A DNA stretch of 64,000 nucleotides from Neophaeotheca triangularis (lineage: Eukaryota): assembly GCA_054600435.1 (NCBI GenBank), contig BAAIJX010000076.1:1-64000 (forward strand). The letters run 5' to 3'. Every line of letters begins with the position of its first letter. The first letter of the stretch is position 1. Below the pieces are notes generated by a model, which was given only the letters and a program-made list of their open reading frames with translations, had not been told where the DNA came from and made no database searches. This document shows, piece by piece, positions 55,881-64,000 of this stretch. The position numbers and the translations under genes were made by a program.

Positions 55881-56619
55881 GAAGTGCAAACTTTGGGGTT
55901 AACGGTAGGGCTCTCTCGACTCGACACGCGACATCACACTCGAGCGTAACGATCATCATAGCGAAGGACGGGGAGGGGGGGGAACGTGTGACTGTGTTAC
56001 CTGTGAATCAGGGGTCAGAAGAGCCTGGACAGACATGAGATTGGGCCTGCACTGGATTGGTACTCGAAAGGAGCGATTGCGCACGAGGGAAGCAGCAAGC
56101 TGGCTGGGAAGAGCAACACGGGCTCAGCGTCCTCAAGTGTTTTTCTTGAGGTACTTCTAGGCGGGCTGCGTATATTTCAAGACTTGAGTCTTGTGAGCCT
56201 CCTAGCTCTCGTCAAAGGGTTGCTCACTATATTGTTTATTCGTCAATAGTCCATAGCAAGCAGTTTACAATAACAGAGATAGCTGCACAACTCAGTCCTT
56301 TACTTTGATGATTGAAAGCTCCTGGCAGCACAAAGAAGCATCGCACGTTTCTTCCTGATTACAACTTCAAAGCTATAATGAGAGCGCTCCCTACCAGCGA
56401 CAAAGGAAAGGCTAACTGATAGTCTTTCGACTGGTTTTGACAAAGGTGGTAGCAAAGAGATAGGCTTTCATCTACGATCTACACAAGCCTCGCGCCGCAA
56501 GGCTTCCCTGCTGATATTCGAATACCCAATGAGGCCATCCCAAAGCCCAGAAATCCGAAACACGCCCTTTCCACCCTTGCACTCCAAGACTATCAACTGC
56601 CCAGCTCTCACTTTCCCTG

Positions 56620-57220
56620 TTACTGCTCCAGCTCTTGTTTCTGGCCCTGTTCCTGCTCCATATCCTCCAAAACTTCCAACGCAGGCAACACCTCCCAATC
56701 CATCATGTGCACATGGAACACGGCGTGAAAGAAATCGGCAAGCAAACGAGGCTGCCCGTCAAGGATAACGGCAGCCTCGACAACGGCGTTGAAGTTCTCG
56801 GCCGTGTCTTCTACGCTCTTGTCCTCCAAGCGTATTATGAGATCGACGAGTTGCGTAACCATGGCGACTTTGTCTGGGAGGAAAGTGTCGAGATATTCCA
56901 GGAGCTCTGCGCGGCGCGTTTCGAAGGCCTTGGGTTGAGGACCTGGGGACAGTCAGTACGTCGTCCTGCCGTTGATCTTGCCTGAGCTGTCACATACCTT
57001 CGTAGTGTATCATCTGCTTAAGCCTTTTGAGTAGTTCAGGGTGTCCAGCAAAGAATGTGTCTTCCGCCTCGAGCACGAGTTGGTGCGCCTCGGGAATTGG
57101 GAGTAGGCCACATCTTTTGTCGAAAAGGAGTTCCGAGATCCGAAAGTAGTTTTCGAAGCCAACGATCTTTCTGACCGTTGCGAGGTACGCCAATTTTCTC
57201 TGCTGGCTGGGGTTGACCAT
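56620..57220 (-). CDS. Small protein (181 aa) of two degenerate PAH (Sin3-type paired amphipathic helix)-like repeats; intron 56943-56997
   Basis: GTATGT...CTGAC...CAG joins in frame. Repeat 1: AYLATVRK...Y...FFAGHPELLKRLKQMI. Repeat 2: ...VILDGQPRLLADFF. Confidence 0.65.
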
Positions 57221-59904
57221 TTCAATGGCGATTTGAAGGGTTTGGAGTGCTTTAGAGTTATACCAGTCAATTACTGTCGTATAAGTGTCTGGGGCTCTTC
57301 TTTCAAGGCCGATTGAACTTATGCTTCCGTTCCTAGGTGTAAGAGCTATAAGGTGGTTCGAATGGAGAGTACTTACGAGCCATGTTCGAGTTGCAGTGGA
57401 CGGATGTGGATGATGAAGTACAGTCTTGCTAGCTGCAACCAGTTTGATGAGACAGTATTTGATTGATTTTTTGGTGTTTCGAAAGGTGTAAATTAAGTTT
57501 GCGAAACGATTGCTCGTTGAAGAAGAATATCCGTCCTTGATTGCTTGCAATCTTGCATTCACTTGCAACGCTTGGGCCACTTCTTGGCGCAAGGGGCGAA
57601 GGGCTGATGCCACACTACTATCTTCGCCAGACCGCACAACAAGGACAGTTCAAAGACACAAAGCAGCACACAAGGTATGTTGGCGTATTCAGTATTCTCG
57701 GACCATCTCGTTGAGGTACTACAGAAACTGCTTCGATCCTTGGCTCTACGCGCAGCGTGTTATCCTAAGAGCTGGATCAGTGCCCAGGCCTCCAAATCGT
57801 CATCAGAGTTGCTTACTTGCTATGCAAATGTAACGCATGTCTATGTATTCTTTGATGAATATGAATAGCGGGTTCTTGAACTTTCATTTATATGTTGCTA
57901 ACAAGCTTGGCGAAATGCTTATAGATATCCTCTCTACTAGTTCTAATATTTTTCAATGGCACTTCATCGTCGCTGGAGGCCAGCACTAGTGATTACTCGA
58001 CAGAGTTACGGTGCTCTCCAGCTGTTCAGCCTGTTCTGGAGAACTGGCACTGGTGGTGTCTACGGATTGCTTGTCTGCGTATTTGGTCTGCACGCCACTT
58101 GGCCTAGTAGTAGGCTTGTTAGTATTACTGAAATATAGGTTCAGTAGGGTGACTTTGCAGCAAAGCGTCTGTCAATTAACATACAAGTTTTTGCCCCTGC
58201 CGCCATTTCTGGACGGAGTTTGCGTTGTGTGCTTCGCAGGCTAGCGATTGGACCCGAGGACTACTTCCTCTCATTCTCCCAGCAGTACCCGACACGATGC
58301 ATTACAGTTGAATTGTCTTCACAGGTCCATGGAGTATGTTTCACATCAAGATGAGCAGACGAAACTTGAGCAACGCGTTCCTTTTGTAGCTCGCTGATTG
58401 CCAGCCGTCGAGTTCGTTCGGGTGAGAAAGACTGCACATCTTGACACTCTAGATTCTAGAAATAGTTCACGAGCAGACCTGTATGCAGGCAATAGGAAGC
58501 TTCGCCAGGGCCCAGCGCAGCAAAGTACTATGCACTGCATAGCTTGCAATGTCCTAGTCCATAATCCATTGTCTCGAACTTCTGATACGTTACTCAACTA
58601 AGCAGCCCCAGGCCAGTGTCAGTCTCAACAGCACCCCGAGTCCTGGCAGACATCCCTCTGATCCATTCGACGTTCAACCACAACAACCAAGTTTGCGATA
58701 CTAACGCCGCAGATCGTGCCAAAGACGCTCAATCTCGCCCCGGTTGTCAAGCTGATACCCTGATCCGTACGAGTAGCCAATGCAGCGAACTATCGACACC
58801 GGATCTCCGTTCCCTAGCTTGCATCCACATCCAGCAATCCTTGAACCGCCCGTATAGCCAGCTCCTTCCACGACAACATGTGCTCACCGAATAGCTCCTC
58901 GAAAGTACCATCATCGAGAAGCGGCCGAGCAACAGCTACTACAAGCGACCCAAAAAAATTTCAGCGGACTCGTTGCCCTCAACTCCCTCACAGCTGGGCC
59001 AAAAGGAGCAAGAACCACGATCTTGCCGGCAGCGCCTGTACCATAGCTCGATAATCTGCCAAATGTGTTCGTCTTCTGATCTCATTCTCTGCAAGGTCAC
59101 ACGCCCTAGATATGCGAGTGACAGGGGATGCTACTCCATCACTTGTCCGTCTCGCCCCCCCCCTTTTAATTTTAAGTTGTCTAGTCAGCCCGGAAAGGCC
59201 CATGCTTTTTCATTGTCCTGACCCAAAGCATCTCCAAACCCCCGGATTATGACAATAGTCTCAAACGCACTCTATCAGCCCCCACGCTCCAGGTCCCCAG
59301 TACCGAGTCCCTAGATCTCATTGTTCCAGTCCCAAGGGAGGGACGAAGGACGAGAGCTTGGCAACCGGGTGGCTAGGCACTGGCACCGTAACAGCCGTGG
59401 TAAGCGAGATAGGATGCACAGTGAATCGACAGACCTCCACTAGAAGGCGGCGGAGTTGTACTCGTTAGCCGCGACGCGAGCTGGACCGCTCCTGGGCTAT
59501 ACTGGCCCCAAAGGCAAGTGGCGATGATTTGGATAAGCCCAAAAACACCTAGGGATGGTTGTTTGGGATCGTGTCTACCCCTTAGACTACAAAGAGTTGA
59601 CAGCACGGAGTGAAAATCTATAAAGCTTCAGTCATTGTTAGAATAGACTACCTAAACCTAAGCACGAACTCAAGCGCCCGAAAAGCAGCAGCAAAACGAT
59701 TGCAGAGCGCAGGTATCCAAATAGAAAACAACAAAAGGCAAGTCTCAACCCCTGACGCCAATCGTATGCAAGCAAAACGCAGCAACGCAACAAGGGGACT
59801 CGACCGCAGATACCCGGCACGTCCACTCATGCAACACACATTCTTTATCCCAAACGCAACATAACCCCCCTAGGAGTAGGCCCGAAGTCCGCAGTAACCG
59901 TATC

Positions 59905-62580
59905 TCATCCAACAACACTCTTCCCACTCAAGGCCTCCAAGAACCCACTCAAATCTTCCTTCCGCACCTCAACAACCGAATGCTCAAAAGAGTCGATACG
60001 AACTCTCGCAGCAGTCTCCTCGACCACCGCCTGAAAAGCCTGTCCGAAACGATTGAGACCCGCACCCCTCCTTGCCTTCAACCCCTGACTCCCAGCAGCA
60101 GCGTTCCCATCTTCATCATCGCTCGAGTCCCCATCACCAGAGCGACTGGAAACCGTCGACTCGGTAGCATCAGAGTCGTCGTCCTCCTCGTCTTCAGCAA
60201 CGAATAATCCGTTGGCCTCGTCGCGTTCTCGCTGCAAACGCTTCCGCTCCTCCCGCTTACGGGCTCTCTGAGCCTTTTTCGCAACCTTCTCTGCCTCCTT
60301 CCTCTTCTTCTTCGCTTCTCGTTCCCTTAACTCGGCTTTGGTCTTGACCCTCTTGCCCACGCCGCCGCTGCCTAGACCCACAACGACGTAGACGCCCCTT
60401 CCCTCGTCCAGGCATGCTAGCACGAGAGCTTCGTTAGCGGAGACTTTGCGGCCTTTTTCCGCTTCGAGTACGGCGAGAGCGTCCCGGGTCCATGAAGCGA
60501 GTTTGACCAATGCACCGGGGTGGCAGAAGAGCTGGGTATCGGGACCTTCTTTGACGACGCCCATGCGGAAAGCGCGGAGGTGGCGGATGAGCTTCTTGGA
60601 AATGAGGGAGGAACCCGTCCGTAGAATGGCGCGGTGGAGGTGTTGGGCGGTCGGGATGTGGTGGAGCAGGACGGCGAGGCCTTGTGTGTTGGAGGTGGAA
60701 ACGGGGTTGAGGGCGTCGTAGGCGGCGAAGAAGCGGTGAGTCGTGAAGTCTGGTTCGGAGGGTTTGTTGGGGTTTGCAGGATCGTCTTCGTCGGAGTGTG
60801 GGGGCGAGGGGAGACTGCGTTGCACACGGTTATTGTAGGTAGTGTTTGGGTTGTGGGTTTGGTGGCGTTGGGGGAGGCGGTTGAGCGGGTCGTATTTGTA
60901 TTCGGTTTGGAAGCCTGTAGGAGCTTCGGTGCCAACTTCGAGGATAGCTGAGGCGATGGTAGCGACATCGGTGGCGCTAAGTGTTGCTTTCCAGCCCCAG
61001 CTGCGCACGAACCCCCACCCTTCCTTTCCGCTGTGGCCATCGACGCCTGGGACGAGGCCGTCGAGGTTGTATTGAGGGGCAAATTTGAGAATGCGGTCGC
61101 GTAGGGATCGCTTCAATTCCATGTCCATGTGAACATAGCCTTTACCTGCCTGTTCAAGGCTCACGCCCATCTTAGCTAGTAGCTTGTGTAGCCGTTTGCG
61201 GCCAGGTTCAGACCAGATGTGCAGCCGGGTGCTGAGGTAGGGGGAATGGAACATGCTGTCGTACAAGCTCCAGTGTCTAATGAGTAGAAATCTGGGTTCT
61301 GGTGATAGCCGGATGGATGTGTCTGCCGGGCCCCGACCTTTCGTGGGTATTGTGTCTGCTAGATGTTGAGAGCGTTGCAATTCTGCTTCAGGTATTGGAT
61401 TCAAGCGGCGGACTTCGTCTCGCAGCACTTCTCGCACTTGCTCTGATCGGTCTTGGATGGCTCTACTATTGGATGTCTTAGGTGGCGATGAGTAAGGGGA
61501 AAGGTCGGCAGCGCTAATCCCGACAATTGCGAGCCAAAGGAAGTCATTGTTCTCAGCTCCAAGTTCTGAGGCCAGCGAGTAGAGCATGCTCGATATCGGC
61601 TCGGAGTGAGATGTACCTAAGTTGTAGTAGGCTTCGAGAGTAGCCTGGTGTTTTCGGCGCAGATTTAGCAACTTTTTGCGGAGCTGTCGTGGTGACGGCG
61701 GCTTCGGCGGTGATGAGGGTATTACAGCATTGGGGGAACTTGGCTGTGAAGAGGCTGATAATTGCCCGGAGATTATGTTGCCGCCGGGAGAAGAAGGTAG
61801 GGGTGTGCCGGGGTTACTTCGTCTTCGTTGTTTCGGCCGCCCTTCATCCTCGCTGTCAGAGTTGTCTTCGGACTGCGAAGCTTTGCGTTTTCGACTTTGA
61901 CTACTGCTCGGTTCGTCTTCATCTGGCGCGTCTCGGGTATCATCATCTTCATGCTCCAACGCGAGATCCTCCTCATCAATATCTGGCATATCTTGCAACG
62001 CCATGAAGGCCTCCCTCTCCGCCGAGAGATCAGACTGAATATCACCGTCATCCCAGACAATAACACCGCCTTTCCCCGACCTGTAATTCGATAAGATTCT
62101 CCCTTGCTCGGTGCCATGTCTTTGCTCAGGCGCAGCGTTCTCCTGTGCAGCCTGCACGCTGTTACCAAAAACGTTCTGCAAGTTCCACGGTCGTCTAGCA
62201 TCCACCACCCACACCTCGACTCCGTGATTTCGCATATCCACGTCCTCACCCTCCGCGTTCTGTCCGTCCAAGCCGAGTACTTCTTCCAAGTCCACTAACC
62301 CTCCTACACCCAGACATACGACTGTGCCTCCATCTCCTCCTTGTTGTCGCGTCATGGGATGTACCAACTTTTGCCCATGCTCCTGCAGATCACTGTAGCC
62401 CGACACAGGCTGGACGGTGTGCCTGACATATTCGCGTCTGAGAAGTGACGAGAGAATCCGGGTTGCGCATAAGCTGTCCACATTCAGGGAAGTGAAGATC
62501 AAGACGGGTGCGGACACGGCAGTGTATTTGTTGATAAGCTCTTCGTAGAGCTGGGATATCTGACCACGCGGGAGATACAT
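59905..62580 (-). CDS. cdc45: DNA replication initiation factor Cdc45
   Basis: VDSLCA..IL..LL, V.PVSGY, VDARRPWNL.N, EPRFLLIRHWSLYDSM.HS, LLAKMG, NRFG.AF and RIDSFE motifs. Confidence 0.96.
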   Translation of the reverse strand: MYLPRGQISQLYEELINKYTAVSAPVLIFTSLNVDSLCATRILSSLLRREYVRHTVQPVSGYSDLQEHGQKLVHPMTRQQGGDGGTVVCLGVGGLVDLEEVLGLDGQNAEGEDVDMRNHGVEVWVVDARRPWNLQNVFGNSVQAAQENAAPEQRHGTEQGRILSNYRSGKGGVIVWDDGDIQSDLSAEREAFMALQDMPDIDEEDLALEHEDDDTRDAPDEDEPSSSQSRKRKASQSEDNSDSEDEGRPKQRRRSNPGTPLPSSPGGNIISGQLSASSQPSSPNAVIPSSPPKPPSPRQLRKKLLNLRRKHQATLEAYYNLGTSHSEPISSMLYSLASELGAENNDFLWLAIVGISAADLSPYSSPPKTSNSRAIQDRSEQVREVLRDEVRRLNPIPEAELQRSQHLADTIPTKGRGPADTSIRLSPEPRFLLIRHWSLYDSMFHSPYLSTRLHIWSEPGRKRLHKLLAKMGVSLEQAGKGYVHMDMELKRSLRDRILKFAPQYNLDGLVPGVDGHSGKEGWGFVRSWGWKATLSATDVATIASAILEVGTEAPTGFQTEYKYDPLNRLPQRHQTHNPNTTYNNRVQRSLPSPPHSDEDDPANPNKPSEPDFTTHRFFAAYDALNPVSTSNTQGLAVLLHHIPTAQHLHRAILRTGSSLISKKLIRHLRAFRMGVVKEGPDTQLFCHPGALVKLASWTRDALAVLEAEKGRKVSANEALVLACLDEGRGVYVVVGLGSGGVGKRVKTKAELREREAKKKRKEAEKVAKKAQRARKREERKRLQRERDEANGLFVAEDEEDDDSDATESTVSSRSGDGDSSDDEDGNAAAGSQGLKARRGAGLNRFGQAFQAVVEETAARVRIDSFEHSVVEVRKEDLSGFLEALSGKSVVG

Positions 62581-62678
62581 GGCGGATGTGATATCTTAAT
62601 TCAGAATTACCTCCCAAGCAGGGTATTACGTTCGCAATCGTCGTCCGGTGGGAGTCCAGGTGCCAAATCGCGCTTCGT

Positions 62679-62684
62679 ACGCGT
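62679..62684. promoter_or_regulatory. MCB box (ACGCGT) upstream of CDC45
   Basis: Perfect MluI motif ~100 nt upstream of the ATG, with another CGCG at 62669-62672; typical of G1/S genes. Confidence 0.55.
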
Positions 62685-63812
62685 TAATGAACCGTCTATT
62701 GTTAGGCAAGCTCATGCCATGTCCGGAATCGTATGTCGATGGTGGCGAGTTGCGTTATTCGACTGTTGTATGTATGACGAAGAGGTGTGATTGAGTTACT
62801 AGGCGTAAGAGGAGACTGTGGTGGTGGCATACACGTAGATTGGCATTCGACATTTGAATCTCGACATTGGATTTGGGAAACGCGACCTCGAGCGCGACTT
62901 GATTAGCTCCGGCTGTTTCCGCCAAACATCGAGTCCTTGCAGCCTCAGGCAGAATTTTGGGGATAAGATAAGATGAAAGTGTCGGATCTTGACATCCCCG
63001 ACCTCATCTCTTTGTTCATCATCATCCAAGCCGCCCAGCTTTCCAAGTTCCCACTTTGCCTACAAGTACAACCCCAGCCGGCCCCCCGGCTAGAAAGGCC
63101 CTGCAATGGACAACCTTAACCGACGGCGGCGCCGACACATAAAAACTCAGCCTTACACTACGCGCTGTCCACGACTCGCCAAGCATCCATTCTGCCAGCC
63201 ATATTCATCATGAGGAGAATATACTCTCCTACAAGGAACATGCCGCCACCATCGCAGCCACTAACTTCCAAGGCCGTGAAGAGTCCAGACCGTCCGATCC
63301 GTACCTGGCGCCGCGCGCCCCGTGCAGCCTCATCTATCGCCCATTGGAGCAGCTCCGTCAAATTTATAGATCTCGCAAGAATTGCTCCTATACTTGAGAA
63401 GCTTGACTGCCACGAACGAGTCTACGTACCGGGTTCTGGGCATGTCAGTGGCTGTAGGGCTGCGCCGTGTGCGCAATTAGCTCCCTCGTAGCTTTCAATG
63501 GGAGCGTAGCGGCTTGCTGTGTTCTTCTTGCGCATGCCTTGGCTTTCGAATGTGGCGAGTGGCCAGTCTGGGTTGTACTACCAAGGCTTGCGGAAGGGGT
63601 GGATTATTGCCTGGGACGTAGGGAAGCGGGTACCTACCATCAGCCCACACGTAATGGGCGAAGAAAGGCAAGTCAAGGAGATGCTGTAAGAGCAGTCAAA
63701 AGGGTCTTTGACTGCCCTCCCTTGCGCGAGTAGGTACCTCCAGCTCAATCGCTTCTCTCAATTCCCTCCAAACCCTCTTTAGCACCTCCCATCCATTCTA
63801 AAGCCCACCAAA

Positions 63813-64000
63813 ATGGCTCCCTCATTCCTCGCAACCCTCACCCTTTCGGCCCTCGCAGCCACAACACTCGCAGCCCCCCTTCTCCCCCGGCAAGACAGCC
63901 CCGAATGCGTCTCAGGCCTCTACATCCTCGTGGCGCGCGGTAGCAACGAAGACGTCACCTCCGGCCGCACCGACGAAGTCGCAGGCCTCATCCAAGCCGA
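63813..64000 (+). CDS. Secreted CE5 cutinase/acetylxylan esterase-like protein (runs off window end)
   Basis: Signal peptide MAPSFLATLTLSALAATTLA followed by C...LYILVARGSNE, typical of a CE5 N-terminus. Confidence 0.7.
   Translation, partial: MAPSFLATLTLSALAATTLAAPLLPRQDSPECVSGLYILVARGSNEDVTSGRTDEVAGLIQA

Overview
Gene-dense window from a filamentous ascomycete, with short GT-AG introns and CTRAC branch sites. Protein style suggests Pezizomycotina, probably Dothideomycetes (inference). Core genes: a JMJD5-like JmjC protein, mitochondrial thiolase, a TBC Rab-GAP, Snu23/ZMAT2, TOP2, an APSES transcription factor, a Cys-type GST, fused aconitase X, RPS0 head-to-head with mitochondrial uS15, pentafunctional AROM, an SRPK-like kinase, a CYP52-like P450, a TAP-like hydrolase, CDC45 and the start of a CE5 esterase. 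The most notable features are absent from the ORF track. (1) A U2 snRNA gene at ~1754-1995 is interrupted by a 62-nt spliceosomal intron just downstream of the branch-point recognition sequence. (2) Directly upstream on the same strand lies a ~1.5-kb highly base-paired region without a credible ORF, with a CTAACCCT tract between two long arms; this is a candidate telomerase RNA that may be co-transcribed with U2. (3) An orphan island at 48-57 kb holds three divergent Myb/SANT-like genes, a truncated paralogue of one of them, and a stand-alone double-PAH (Sin3-like) protein. Also found: a hidden 3-exon small gene and a GC-AG intron. All gene models, alignments and RNA pairings were read by eye and not computed.
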